In this document: in pieces, positions 13,241 through 26,196 of the stretch
Position numbering within the stretch: position 1 is the first letter of the stretch
Layout: the number at the start of each line of letters is the position of its first letter
Origin: Octopus sinensis
Lineage: Eukaryota
Length of the DNA stretch: 64,000 nt
Assembly: GCF_006345805.1 (NCBI RefSeq)
Contig: NC_043014.1
Location: 37,882,001 to 37,946,000 of the forward strand
Reading direction: 5' to 3'
Program-made: the position numbers and the translations under genes
The notes under the pieces: model-generated
Databases searched by the model: none
What the model was told of the DNA's origin: nothing
What the model saw: the letters and a program-made list of their open reading frames with translations, nothing else

Positions 13241-13978
13241 TCTGCAGTATATTCTGTTGTTACACTGGTTTCAAGAATGTCGATAGAATTTTCTATACGG
13301 AGCAAATCTAACATGATTACCCGAGACCCCATATAATCATATGAAGTTTTTTCGAATCTGCTAGAAATTGCAACTATGTCTTTCTCAAATTGTACCCTGT
13401 CCAGAAAGAACTCGAACGACATATTAAGTAATATAGTTGTAGATTTACAATATTCGAATAAAAGATTGGATTGTCACGGGTGTAATGTCTTCGCGACCAG
13501 TGCTGACCTCAACGTTAAGTAACAACAACAATATCGTCTTTTACATTAATATTTTTTGTATACACGGTGAAGTCGCTCATTGTGATCACTTTTTACGACG
13601 GTGGTTTTAGAAAACTATAATTTACTGATAACATTATGCGGAGGATGTATCAATATTCTGAATATATTCGGAACCCGCTAATTTTGATAAAATTAACTAA
13701 CCGTTTGATAATATTATCTGCGACTTTTATAAGCAGCTAATTCACATTTTCAGTTCAAATGCTGCTGCAAGCGACTTTGCTTTTTACCCCTTCTTGGTCG
13801 ATAAAATAAGTATCACTTGAGCAATGGGATCGATGGAATTGTGGGATCAATGTAATTCTGGGATCGATAAAATTCTGGGATCGATGTAATCGACTTTCTT
13901 CTCCCTTCAAAAGTTACTGGCTCTGTACCAAATTTAGAAAGAATTATAAATAGGTTCCACTATCGTAAAAGGAAAGAA

Positions 13979-14440
13979 TCAGAGAGTGAGGGAAGAAAAA
14001 GTGGTAGTGAGAGAGAGAGAGAGGGGGGAGAGATAAAGAGAGAAAGGAAGAGAGAAAGAGAAAGAGAAAGAAAGAGGAAGCGATAGTGAGAGAGAGAGAA
14101 AAAGAAGAGAGAAAGTGAGCGAGAGAAAGAGTGGGAGAGAGAAAGGAAGAGAGAAAGAGAGAGAAAAAAGGAAGAGAGAAAGGGGGAGAAAGAGAAAGAG
14201 ATAGTGAGAGAAAGAGGAATAGAGAGAAAGAAAGAAGGAAAGAGAAAGAGATAATGGGAGAGAGAGAGAAAGGAAGAGAGAAAGAGAGAGAAAGAGAAAG
14301 AGATAGTGGGAAAGAGAAAAAGAAGAAAGAAAGAGAAAGAATGAGTGGGAGAGAGAAAGGAAGAGAGAATAGAGAGAGAAAAAAGAAGAGAGAAAGGGAG
14401 AGAAAGAGAAAGAGATAGTGAGAGAGAGAAAGAGAGAGGA
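13979..14440 (+). repeat. ~460-bp GA-rich polypurine low-complexity tract
   Basis: Almost only A/G on the + strand. Confidence 0.9.
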
Positions 14441-14842
14441 AATATATTTACATATCGTTGGTAAATTTACCATTCCAATACCTCAACAATATTCTTTTAT
14501 TCTTGAACTGATTTCAGTCCTTGGACTGTGGCCATGTTCGAGCACTGCCTTCAAGCGATTTTCATCGATTATATTCGCCCTAGCATTCTGTGTGAAGCTT
14601 ATTTTATCGATATCTATATCTATATCATTATGATCATCATCATCCTCATCACCACCATCATCACCATCATCATCATTATTATCACCATCTCCATTATCGT
14701 CATCAAGATGTATCTATTTATCGAACGGCTAATTTCACATCGTAAAATGTCGCAACTCGGTCGAATTAATAGCACAAGATATTCTTATTGGACACACACA
14801 AGCACGCGCGTGCACACCCACACACATGCACACACACACACA

Positions 14843-14873
<31 letters not shown>

Positions 14874-15924
14874 TACACACACACACCTATCTATGTATGT
14901 GTGTGTGTTTGTGTATTATCAGTTAGCTGCCCATAAGTCAGAAAAAAAAACCGCTCTTGATTATAAATAATGGAGTGGGTATATTTTTATATCATCAGGC
15001 AATATATTACCAATTATGGCATAAAACTGGTCAGAATATTACCGCCATTTTTGCTCCGAATATTGTCAAAAGACAATATTGACTAGGTTGCATCTTAATC
15101 GAAGTAGAAAATGCACTTTACTTGGTAGAGAGGTAGTAAAAAAAGTAAAGTTCCTTTCCGAGTTCCTTCCCGATTCATAAAGTTCCTTCCCGACTCTAAG
15201 GGCCCGTTTCCCTGTTTCTATGGCGTATATATTCTCGAACTGGATGGGACGCTGGTCTGTCGCACGATTACTCAACTTTGACAGTTGAATGGACTGACGC
15301 AATGATGTGGAATGATGTGTTTTGCTCAAGAACACAATAGGAATCGAAACCACAATTTTACGAGTCCAACATCCTAATCACTAAGCCATGCACCTGATGG
15401 AGAGGAGAATCATTCTAAAATATCTCCATGATCCGAGCACTTTCTCGAACTCAGAATGCTGTCACGAGCACAAAATCCTTTTGGTAACGTGATCATATCA
15501 GTTTTTGAGCTAGAGAACGACCTATATACATACAAAATCGCTTGCACGTTAATTTAACGAGCACGCTGTTCCGTTGATCGTATCAGCTGGGACCCTCGTC
15601 GTCGTAACCGACGGAGTGCTCCTCCTAGGTTAACCTGGCACTGATAACATTTTACTCATGGCTAACGCCAATTTATTGAGAATACTTTCTTTTCTCCAGA
15701 AAAAATATCATTTCCACTATATTTTGTTCCACCATTTTGTCAAACGGGCGATCGAAATAAACTCTAAAATTCTAACCCAGAAAAAGAAACCATACAAATA
15801 TAAAAACGATCACTTCAATATTTAGATGCATAAAATTACTGCTTAGATATAGAGTGCAGGTACATAACATGCGAACATTACTACACAAGTAACTGAATGT
15901 TATCAGTGCCGGGTTAACCTAGGA

Positions 15925-16190
15925 GGAGCACTCCGTCGGTTACGACGACGAGGGTCCCAGCTGATACGATCAACAGAACAGCTTGCTCGTTAAATTAACG
16001 TGCAAGTGACTGAGCAATCCACCGATACGCGTACCCCTAACATAGTTCTCAGGGAGATTCAGCTTTGAAATACAGGTACAACGCATTTTTGCCAGCTGAG
16101 TGAACTGGAGCAATGTGAAATAGTGTCTTGCTCAAGGACACAACGCGTCGCCGTGAGCCGAATGCTCTAACCACTAAGCCACGCGCCTTC
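15925..16190 (-). mobile_element. SINE family C (tRNA head GCGTGGCTTAGTGGTTAG)
   Basis: TSD CC(G/A)GGTTAACCTAG; related copies 32079-32398 (flank duplication TGGTCTGAATATATATATGGTCTGAA), 27553-27795, 52090-52315. Confidence 0.85.
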
Positions 16191-16540
16191 ACCAGGTTAA
16201 CCTAGTAACAAGAGAAGGATATATCATGGGCTCCAAACTTCCGGTTGTCCCGCGCAAGATCCTTTTGCTACGGATCTTTATTTTTAAAAACTTTTATGAA
16301 TGACTGGGTGTCTAAGATTAATCCAATACACTTGAAATTAATAAAATTATAAGAAGCAAAATTGAATGGTAACGGTGATGGGCTGACTCACTTCATTTTT
16401 GCTGGTTGTTAACTGTCATTCAGTGTGCACAGTAGCTATATACGCTTATATGCAATTATAGACTAAACCATTCTTTATTTAGTTGAATAAAATTTGTTGA
16501 AAAAAGCCGCAATAATTAGCATGCACCAACCCAATATATA

Positions 16541-16571
<31 letters not shown>

Positions 16572-16843
16572 ATAATTATATATATTATAATATATATATA
16601 TCTATACGGTTTTAAGTAATTGAGATTCAAGTGAGTTCTAATGATTCACATGAATATGGTCCTTAACTAGGATGCACACCGGAAATCTATATGGTGTGAA
16701 CCATACGACAAGTGGGGTGATTACAAATAGGAAAAAAGCAACAGAATGGATCAATATATCGATACAATTGTTTCGTATATATATACATACTCTTTTTTAT
16801 CTTTTATTTGTTTCAGTCATTTAACTGTGGCCATGCTGGAGCA

Positions 16844-17105
16844 CCGATTTCCACTCACTTATTCGTTTTTATTAAAGTTTTCGTTGCGACTTGCAACCTT
16901 TCTAATAGTTGTTGACTCTTGAAAAGTCTGCAAGTCGCAATGAAAATTTTAGTAAAAATAAATAAGTATAATGGCGGTGCCCCAGCATGGCCACAGCTCA
17001 TGAGCTGAAACTGGAAAAATAAAAAAAAATGAGTGGAAATCGGTGAGTTGAGTGTGTTAAATTAATAAGGCACTAAAAGAGAATGACTCTCCCCAGACAC
17101 AATAA
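16844..17105. mobile_element. Fold-back (inverted) Penelope-like 3' UTR with a small SINE-tail insertion
   Basis: TTTTCGTTGCGACTTGCA / TGCAAGTCGCAATGAAAA arms, 18-nt spacer 16903-16920. Confidence 0.7.
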
Positions 17106-17149
17106 TATATGCTTCAACACACAAATTCACAAACCAGATACAAAACGAA

Positions 17150-17190
<41 letters not shown>

Positions 17191-17399
17191 ATATGCATAT
17201 ATAATAAGAGTGGCTTATTAGCAATTTTACAACCGAAAGGCAGAGATATACACTACGTTACTAAAGTGACTATGGGCACGAGTCAGTATCGGTATTGCTA
17301 GAAATATGAATCAAAACAACTCATAGCCACAAGAAGCACCTAACTATGTATGTATTGGGTTTCTTGATTAGTTCTGAGTGTATTTTTACACCACCGACA

Positions 17400-18050
17400 A
17401 TATTATAACGACTGAGCAACCTGGGAGAAAGAATGCAGTAAGGGGCTTATAGAGCAAACACTAAACCAGAAAATAATACAAGAAAAAAAAAAAAAGACTG
17501 TAGGAACTTAGTTGCGGTTTGACTATCAGAAAGCTTTTAATAGAGTACCGTTTGGTTACATTACCAAGGCATTACGATTAATCAAAGTTCAACAACCTAT
17601 GGTAACTGCTATTTAACATCTAAGACATGACACACCACTATACTTTTCAAGGAAGATAAACGAATCAATTCTGATACCATACATAACCAAAAAGGTATCT
17701 TGCACTATTGTTCTATATCCTCTCAGTAAGCCTTTTATCATAACTGCTCATAACGTATTGCGGTTATAGATAGGCTGTTCTGAAACCAGAAATATCTCTC
17801 ACCTTTCCCAATTATTAGTCACGAGAAAAGACAGCTGTATCTCATTACCCAATGTGCTACTGACATTGCAATAATCTTTGGATTCAAATGTCCACTTTTC
17901 AGTGATAAAACGAAGAAAGATTGTGTCCTGACCTACCCTACAAAACTAAACATTACGGTTGTACAATACAGCTTTTGCTTTTTGTATTCAGGTGAGAATA
18001 GCAATTATCTTGGGCTAGATGAGAATGTTACGTATGGTGGAGCCATTAAT
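17400..18050 (+). pseudogene. Decayed non-LTR reverse transcriptase fragment
   Basis: FDYQKAFNRVPFGYITKALRLIKV (D..KAFD.VP motif) near 17518; many stops and frameshifts. Confidence 0.6.
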
Positions 18051-19109
18051 TAAGAAAGAATAAAGGAAATATAGTTGTCAAAACTTTCCGCCTACAAAGG
18101 GCTATTACATACAACATCTTTGAAGTGCAAATGTTGACCTATAATCGCGATATCAGCAGCACAAACTCTGCAGTAGGTTGACATTTAAGACGAGAAGGAT
18201 TTTGCAAATGATAACGAAAAGAACAAGGATCCCGACCCCACTTTTTTTTTTACATATAAAGCCGACGATATATATACAATAATATATAATATATATATAT
18301 ATAATATATATAATGGATATATATGTATGTATATATCTATATACATATCTATATGTATATATATATGGATTATATGTGTGTGTATATGTGTATATATATA
18401 TTATATATAATATATATATATATATATATAATTATATATATATATGTATGTATGTATGTACACACCGCACATACACCGTACATACGTTCATACGTGCATA
18501 CGTGCATACATACATACAAACAAACAAACAAACTCACGAGTGGGGAGAGCTCAGTGACAGGTTTCATTTGCAGAACCGCTAAGGTACGGGGACGTAAATT
18601 CACCAGCATCGGTTGTCAAGCGATGGTGGTGGGGGTCAAACATTCACACACACACACACACCACACACAACACACAAACACATGCATACGTATATAGATA
18701 TACGACAGGCTTCTTTCAGTTTCCGTCTTTACCAAATCCGCACACAAGGCTTTGGTCGGCCCGAGGCTATACTAGAAGACACTTGCACAAGGTGCCACGC
18801 AGTGGGACTGAACCCAGAACCATGTGGTTGGTAAGCAAGCTACTTACCACACAACTACTCCTGCGCCTCTATAAGCAGAACCCCTTCGGTCATGAATGAC
18901 CATGGGATTGCACCTAGAAAGCTACCCTCCGAGGCACAAGTCCAGGCAAGGTTGTTTATGGAAGCCAGCATTCGCCCATGCGCACCAGCCTCCCCTCTCC
19001 ACACCACTGATGTTATCCAAGGGAAAAGCAAAAGCCGATACAGCTTGGCACCAGTGATGTCGCAACTCATTTCTACATATATATATATACTCATTTCTAT
19101 ATGTAAATA

Positions 19110-19406
19110 CTGTTGTGTCTGGGGAGAGTCATTTTCTTTTTGTGCCTTATAATTTAACACACTCACCGGTTAAATTTCCACTTATTTTTATTTTCCTAAA
19201 ATTTTCGTTGTGTCTTGCAGCCTTTTCAATAGTTTTGACTCTGGGTGCTTTGATAATATGCGGATGTCAAGTTGACCAAAGTTGCCTCTATGGTGGTCTT
19301 TGGCATGTTGGTAGAGTATGGAGGACTGTTTTTTGTCGTCATATTGTCTCAGATGTTCATTTTGTCTTTCCGCAATACTCCTAGATGTCTCTCCTATGTA
19401 CGTCAA
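19110..19406 (-). pseudogene. Penelope-like element 3' end: GIY-YIG endonuclease fragment plus 3' UTR
   Basis: TYIGETSRSIAERQNEH...SILYQH matches the PLE GIY-YIG motif YIGET.R....R..EH; UTR shared with 16844-17105 and 45372-45512. Confidence 0.8.
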
Positions 19407-19879
19407 CGAAATATATATATATGTATGTAAGGCGGCGAGCTGGCAGAATCGTTAGCACGCCGGGCGAAATGCGTAGCCGTATTTCGTCTGCCGTTACGTT
19501 CTGGGTTTAAATTCCGCCGAGGTCGACTTTGCCTTTCATCCTTTCGGAGTCGATAAATTAAGTACCAGTCAGTCACGCACTGGGGTCGATGTAATTGACT
19601 TAATCCGTTTGTGTATCCTTGTTTGTCCCCTCTATGTTTAGCCCCTTGTGGGCAATAAAGAAATAAGAAACGTTAGCACGCCGGGCGAAATGCGTAACCG
19701 TATTTCGTCTGCCGTTACGTTCTGGGTTCAAATTCCGCCAAGGTCGACTTTGCCTTTCATCCTTTCGGGGTCGATAAATTAAGTACCAGTTACGCACTGG
19801 GGTCGATATAATCGACTTAATCCGTTTGTCTGTCTTTGTTTGTCCCCTCTGTGTTTAGCCCCTTGTGGGCAGTAAAGAA

Positions 19880-19910
<31 letters not shown>

Positions 19911-20132
19911 TGTATGTACATGAAAGTAGTAATTGAATCGAGTGAAATTAATAGTCGTATTGAAGAAAATTTGTTTTTTTTTATTATTTATACTGCAAAA
20001 TATAATTACATTTATTGGATTGGAAAGATGCAATTATAAAATGATATGTATTAAAGCATGAGATCAAAGAGAATGTAAACTGACCCGTGAACAACTGTTT
20101 TAAGAATTTGAACTTATTTGAATATATCCTAG

Positions 20133-20503
20133 ACTAGCAGTATCGCCCGGCGTTGCTCGGGTTTGTAAGGGAAATAACTATAAAGCATTTTTAGAGAGTT
20201 ATAGCCAAAAAATGGAAAAAAAATGATGGTAAATTTTTTTAGTTAAAAAGGTCGAGTTGCGTCCCCATGACAGTCTGTGGTTTGTGTTTCTGATTCTCGA
20301 CCCCATGTCGAATTTATCGATCTTTTTCAGAACTGGGGGAACTTTTCAAAATTTTCGCTGCGTTAGTTTTGAATTATGACATTGGGCTATGTGTGTGTCA
20401 AGTTTCATCAGAATCGGTTGAAAGGCGTGGTCAGGGTGAGGGTACAACCTGACAGACACACAGAAACACACACAGACAAACTGCCGTTTATATATAGAGA
20501 GAT
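20133..20503 (+). mobile_element. Non-autonomous Helitron/Helentron-like element
   Basis: 5' ACTAGCAGTATCGCCCGGCGTTGCTCGGG hairpin; 3' TTTATATATAGAGAGAT; second copy 45946-46344. Confidence 0.65.
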
Positions 20504-21398
20504 TACATAATCAACATAAAAAATAAATCTAGGTTTGTTAAATGTTAAATTCAGACTTTAAAAAGTATCTTGCATGCATTCGGTGCCTTAAATGTTGCGT
20601 AAATCCTCCTCGCTACCATTGGCTCGTAGTTGTGGATGTTGTCGTTGTTGTTACAGTTGTGTTGTTGTTGCTGTTGTTGTTGCTTAACTCAAAGTATGGA
20701 CTGATTGAGCAGTTCTGAGCTCAGAGTCATTCCGCCATGTGACCATCCCGTCTTTTTTTTCATTTTCTCGACATCCTGTTTGGCGACATCCTCCTCGGAA
20801 CAAATTATGCAATGCGTCCTTTTTCCCCTGTAGAATGCAGAGGCGTGATTCGAAGGCGGGGGGGGGGGGGAATTTAGCTGCTGTTTCTTGCAGATCGATC
20901 AGCCACATAGAAAGTCTCTTCTTGTGTCTTCTGGTGAGGAACATGAATATATAACTATGGTGACTACGACGTCGACGACACCGCCGCCGCCGCCGACGAC
21001 GATGACGATGATGATGGCGACGGCGATGACGATGATGACGATGATGACGATGATGACGGCGACGACGACAATGATGGTGATGGCGATGATGAGGAAGATG
21101 CTGAAGATGCTGATGATGGTTGTAATGAGGATAATATGATTAGCAGCCCAGATGTTAAGCAGTACTAATTACTGTTGCTAATGGAGGTGGCGGTGTGGGT
21201 ACTGGGTGGCAGCTATAATAGTGGTGGTGGTGGTGGTGGTGATTGTGATGGTTTGATAGTGGTAGTGGTTAAGCAGTTGTGCTAGTGATAATGTTTGTTG
21301 TTGTTGTTGTTGGTGATGATTGTAATGCTGTTTTTGTTGAGCTCCAGGTCAGCTTAGATCTAGCAACTAATCTTTTCTTCTGATATCTTACCCTAGAT

Positions 21399-21598
21399 CA
21401 GTGGTTTTCAACCAGGGTTCCGCCAGTACAGTTCGGGGGTTCCGCAAGAAGTTACAAAAATGCTAAAATCGACAGTAATTTTTAATTCTCCTGTGCAGAT
21501 ATGTGTGCATAAGACAATTAAATTATTGCACAGGGGTCATCGAGCCAGTGAAATGTTTTCTTGGGGTTCCGGTCCAGCAAAAAGTTTGAAAAGCACTG
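21399..21598. mobile_element. hAT-type MITE
   Basis: TIR CAGTGGTTTTCAA / TTGAAAAGCACTG; 8-bp TSD CCCTAGAT. Confidence 0.9.
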
Positions 21599-21692
21599 CC
21601 CTAGATCATCCAATCTGATGTTTAAAGGTATTTGGATGTATTACAAGGGATATTTAGCTACTATTACTAGCAGATCGAGCAGCAGAATAGAA

Positions 21693-21825
21693 CAGGGACT
21701 GGCCACCGTTTTCAAGTAGTGGGCTGCATGAGACATGGCTCGTCACCAGGTGGGCTGCACTACGTAAGTTTTTGTTTAGGTGTGCCACAGAGATAGTCCT
21801 GCGGGCTGCAGTTTGCCCATGACTG
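21693..21825. mobile_element. Small hAT-type MITE
   Basis: CAGGG...GACTG ends; TSD GAATAGA(A/G). Confidence 0.65.
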
Positions 21826-22059
21826 GAATAGAGTCTTTTTATTTTAGCTCGGGGCTTTAAATTGTTTAGCCCAGTGCCAGCCCTGATCGAGCAAACCTGT
21901 GATCAATTTCTTTGCAACCGTGACCATCTCGTCTGTTTAGGATAATATGTAGGACAACTCTATCGCGCGTGTCATTTCCTTAATTGGAGATGGTAGAGGT
22001 AATTCGAAGGAGATTTGACTGCTATTTCTAGGAGATCGAATGACCAAGAGAGGATTTTC

Positions 22060-22124
22060 CAATGATGGTGCATCCGTGTAGCAGCAGCAGCAACAGCAGC
22101 AACAGCAGCAGCAGTACTAGTAGT

Positions 22125-22156
<32 letters not shown>

Positions 22157-22277
22157 GAATACCAGCAGCAGAATTAGCTTCTTCTTCTTCTTCTTCTTCT
22201 TCTTCTTCTTCTTCTTCTTCTTCTTCTTTCTTCTTCTTCTTCTTTCTTCTCTTCTTCTTCTCTTTCTTCATCATCAA

Positions 22278-22333
<56 letters not shown>

Positions 22334-22640
22334 CATCATCATCATCATAATCATCGCATTCACCACCACCACCACCACCACCACCATCACCACCACCATC
22401 ATTATCATCACCATTATCAGTAGTAGCAGCAGTGGCAATAGTAGTAGTAGTAGTAATTTTAAAGTTTGTTGCTATTTAGGTGTGAAACTGAATGCATCTA
22501 TGATGATGATAATGATGATGAAGATGATGATGATGATGACGACGATGACGACGATGACGATGATGTAGACCATAAAAATAGCGATGACAACGAAAATAGA
22601 GATGGCGATGATGGTGATATCATCAGCATCATGATAATAG
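22060..22640 (+). repeat. Compound trinucleotide microsatellite (CAG, TAG, TTC, CAT, CAC, GAT); similar mosaics 3996-4145, 20950-21330
   Basis: Direct reading. Confidence 0.95.
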
Positions 22641-22882
22641 GATTAAAAACTCAGTAGCTAAAACTGTCTGTTGGGTCATTGAGTAACATTCCTAGCGGCA
22701 AAAACCGAGTAGCTTTTGAATTCACCGAACGATTTATTTGAATTTCTCGGTTGACATGCGCAGTCTCCTGTGTATATATTTCTGTATACATGCGCGCACA
22801 AATATGTCTACGTGTGTACGTGTATGTGTGTGTGTGAGTGTGTGTGAGAGATAGATTGTTTGTGTGGGGAGGTGACTGTTGC

Positions 22883-23421
22883 ATTGGGTTGTCCGGAAAG
22901 TTCGTGCCGATTTATAGTAGCTTACATTTCGACTTTCTTTTAGAACATGTTTGAGTCCATAAAATAGGATTTGACTACACCTCCATTTAGAGCACAGTTT
23001 AAACTATCTTTTCGTGGAAGAAGGTTTGTGTTCCTATAACCTGTGTTAATTCTGTAACCCTTTAAAATGGAAGATAAGAAAGTTCATTTTCGGCACTTGA
23101 TGCTTTAGGAACCAGACAAAAATTGCTACAACTCGGCTCGGATGTGTTACCCGACCCTCCATATTCACCAGATATTGCTCCTTCGGATTTCAACTTATTC
23201 GGGTTACTGCAGAATAGTCTTAATAGTAAAAATTTAATTCCTTGGATGATGTAAATAGATACCTTGATGAAATCTTTGCCATGAAACCACCTCAGTTCTG
23301 GGAAGACGGTATTTTCAAGTCAAAGAAAAATTTCTTTGGTTGATTAAAAATGTAATGGCAAGTATTTATTGACCTTTTCCTTTCCTTTAAAAATCGGCAT
23401 GAACTTTCCGGACAACCCAAT
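22883..23421 (+). mobile_element. Internally deleted mariner element
   Basis: TIR ATTGGGTTGTCCGGAAAGTTCGTGCCGATTT and its revcomp; PPYSPDIAPSDFNLF remnant. Confidence 0.9.
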
Positions 23422-23579
23422 ATGTTCTTGTTTCAAAGAAACAAGAGCATGGATGGATGGATGGATGGATGGATGGATGGATGGATGGATGGATAACATA
23501 GGTTCGGGAACAGCGAATACGCCCCATAAAAAAATTTTACTGCGCGTGTTCACAAACGTTACTTGTGGGTGGATGTCAA

Positions 23580-23611
<32 letters not shown>

Positions 23612-23744
23612 CTTCTTCTTCTTCTTCTTCTTCTTCTTCTTCTTCTTCTTCTTCTTCTTCTTCTTCTTCTTCTTCTTCTTCTTCTTCTTCTTCTTCTTCT
23701 TCTTCTTCCAATAAGGACTCACGCCATTAGCCACAAAGAATAAT

Positions 23745-24177
23745 CTCTAATTCGAGCCTACTCTAAGCTACTAAGAATGTATGTCGCAACTAGAAGATCC
23801 ACCCACCACGCGCGATAGACTGGCGGTTGCATGGGCGCAGGAGGCTTAGTTGTTATCCTCATTCCATAAACGGTGGCTTTTAACGGGTGGAGAATTGAAC
23901 CATCCTGGGGTACATAGGATTCGCAATCTAGACTAGGGTCTGGAAGTTTACCACACCATAGTAGGTTACACCATGGTTCCTCTGCTTTATGGCAAAAGAA
24001 GGAAGAAAGAGCGAGAGAAAGTTGTGGTGAAAGAGTACAGCGTTGTTCACCCACACCCCCACCGGAGCCTCATGGAGCTTAGGTGTTTTTGTTCAATAAA
24101 CACTCACAATGCCCGGTCTGGGAATCGAAACCGGATTCTTTCGACTGTGAGTCCGCTGCCCTAACCACTGGGCCATT
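23745..24177 (-). mobile_element. tRNA-headed repeat family D
   Basis: AATGGCCCAGTGGTTAGGGCAGCGGACTC...CGATTCCCAGACCGGG head; also 36480-36597. Confidence 0.6.
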
Positions 24178-24189
24178 GATGCTGTTGGT

Positions 24190-24550
24190 CTGTCGTACGG
24201 GTCCGTGCAGGCAACCCTAACGTCTAAATTCTTCACGACGACAATGCACTCTGTCACCGAGTTCCCCTTACTCGTGAGTTTCTCGCCAAAAACAACATGG
24301 TATCGCTTCTGCACCCATCCTATTCGCCAGATTTAGCACATGCGGACTTCCGTCTCTTCCCCAAGATGAAAATTCTGCTCGAAGTTCGCCTTTTTAACAC
24401 CGTTATCGAGATCAAGAGTGAATTGCAAAAGGTCCCCGATTCGCTTACGGCAAAATGACTTCCAGGCCGGATTCTAAAAGTGGCAGGAACGCTGGGACCG
24501 GTGTATGGCTGTGCAAGGTGACTATTTCGAAGGAGATGATGTTAAAATTA
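24190..24550 (+). pseudogene. Mariner transposase C-terminal fragment
   Basis: FLAKNNMVSLLHPSYSPDLAHADFRLFPKMK...KWQERWDRC...GDYFEGD. Confidence 0.85.
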
Positions 24551-24554
24551 GGTA

Positions 24555-24972
24555 TTCTTTACTCTTTTACTTGTTTCAGTCATTTGGCTGCGGCCATGCT
24601 GGAGCACCGCCTTTAGTCGAGCAAATCGACCCCAGGACTTATTCTTTGTAAGCCTAGTACTTATTCTATCGGTCTCTTTTGCCAAATCGCTAAGTTACGG
24701 GGACGTAAACACACCAGCATCGGTTGTCAAGCAATGCTGGGGGGACAAACACAGATATACAAACACAGACACACAAACATATACACACATACATACATAT
24801 ACATATATACGACGGGCTTCATTCAGTTTCCGTCTACCAAATCCACTCACAAGGTTTTGGTCGGCTCGAGGCTATAGTAGAAGACACTTGCCCAAGGTGC
24901 TACGCAGTGGGAATGAACCCTGAACCATGGGGTTGGTAAGCAAGCTACTTACCAGACAGCCACTCCTGCGCC
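24555..24972 (-). mobile_element. SINE family B; other - copies ~18575-18867, 28706-29150, 32725-33170, 34660-35010, 37860-38240, 50740-51210, 60220-60925
   Basis: Revcomp of the family B consensus. Confidence 0.9.
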
Positions 24973-25336
24973 TGGTAAATAAGTCTTTTTTTTTTTTTTA
25001 TTAAACACAACTTATCAGGCAACTCTTTGGTACCACCTCGTACATAGAAAAAAAAATCATACAAACCTGCACATGCACTGACTTCAAATACGGAACACAT
25101 ACACACATACATGCAAAAAAAAAAACCCTGTTGATGTTGAAATTCCAATGAACGAGCCTAAGATCTAGGTTGGAAACCAGCTCTTTCTCTCTTGGCAAGA
25201 AATCTTGAAATGAAACTGAATATTGACATACATACGCGTTTTCTGCGATAAATTGGGAAGTGGTGACAAGTGACAATTCTATAAATAATAATAATAATAA
25301 CAACAATATTTATAAGCTTAAAGCTTATAAGCTTAT

Positions 25337-25710
25337 AGGCGCAGGAGTGGCTGTGTGGTAAGTAGCTTGCTAACCAACCACACGGTTGCGGGTTCAGTCC
25401 CACTGCGTGGCATCTTGGGCAAGTGTCTTCTGCTATAGCCCCGGGCCGACCAATGCCTTGTGAGTGGATTTGGTAGACGGAAACTGAAAGAAGCCTGTCG
25501 TATATTTGTATATATATATATGTTTGTATGTGTGTGTTTGTGTGTCTGTGTTTGTCCCCCTACCATTGCTTGACAACCGATGCTGGTGTGTTTACGTCCC
25601 CGTCACTTAGCGGTTCGGCAAAAAGAGACCGATAGAATAAGTACTAAAAGGTGGTGCTCCAGCATGGCCGCAGTCAAATGACTGAAACAAGTAAAAGAGT
25701 AAAAGAGTAA
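25337..25710 (+). mobile_element. SINE family B (tRNA head, internal TA/TG microsatellite, TAAAAGAG tail); other + copies ~27313, 52826-53290, 61103-61262, 62290-63040
   Basis: AGGCGCAGGAGTGGCTGTGTGGTAAG head, GGGTTCAGTCCC box B, GCGGTTCGGCAAAAGAGACCGATAG body. Confidence 0.9.
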
Positions 25711-26164
25711 GCAGTCACCGTGTATTGCCTAAAGAAAATAGTGTAACATTGGGGCATATAAGCCCTCGATGGAAAAAAAAGTGGGGTTTTCGTCGAGGGC
25801 TTATATGCCCCAGTACTAGACTATTTTCTTTAGTCAATTCACGGAGACTGCGTATAAGCTTTACGTTTATAAATATCATTATTACGTATAGAATACATAC
25901 ATAAGGTTAGACCATGAACGAAGTGGTTGGATAATATTTATAGTCTGTGTTGGTCACGTTTGGAAACACAGTGGGAAAGTGTAATGATGGTTGCTTCTTA
26001 TAGGACCCTATGGAGAAGATGTTTGGGGACTATACCACTACGAACCTTCCAGGTATAATGTACAGCAAAAATGGATGAATGGCTGGTTGAGTGAATGAAT
26101 ACATTCATAAATCTGAACTAAAATGCTTTTATTTTCTCGGCCAACAAATGCTTTCATAGCCCTC

Positions 26165-26196
<32 letters not shown>

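Noticed and set aside
13240-13425. Naming this frame nicastrin
   Set aside because: Only a 5-residue motif resemblance, and no other nicastrin-like exons found
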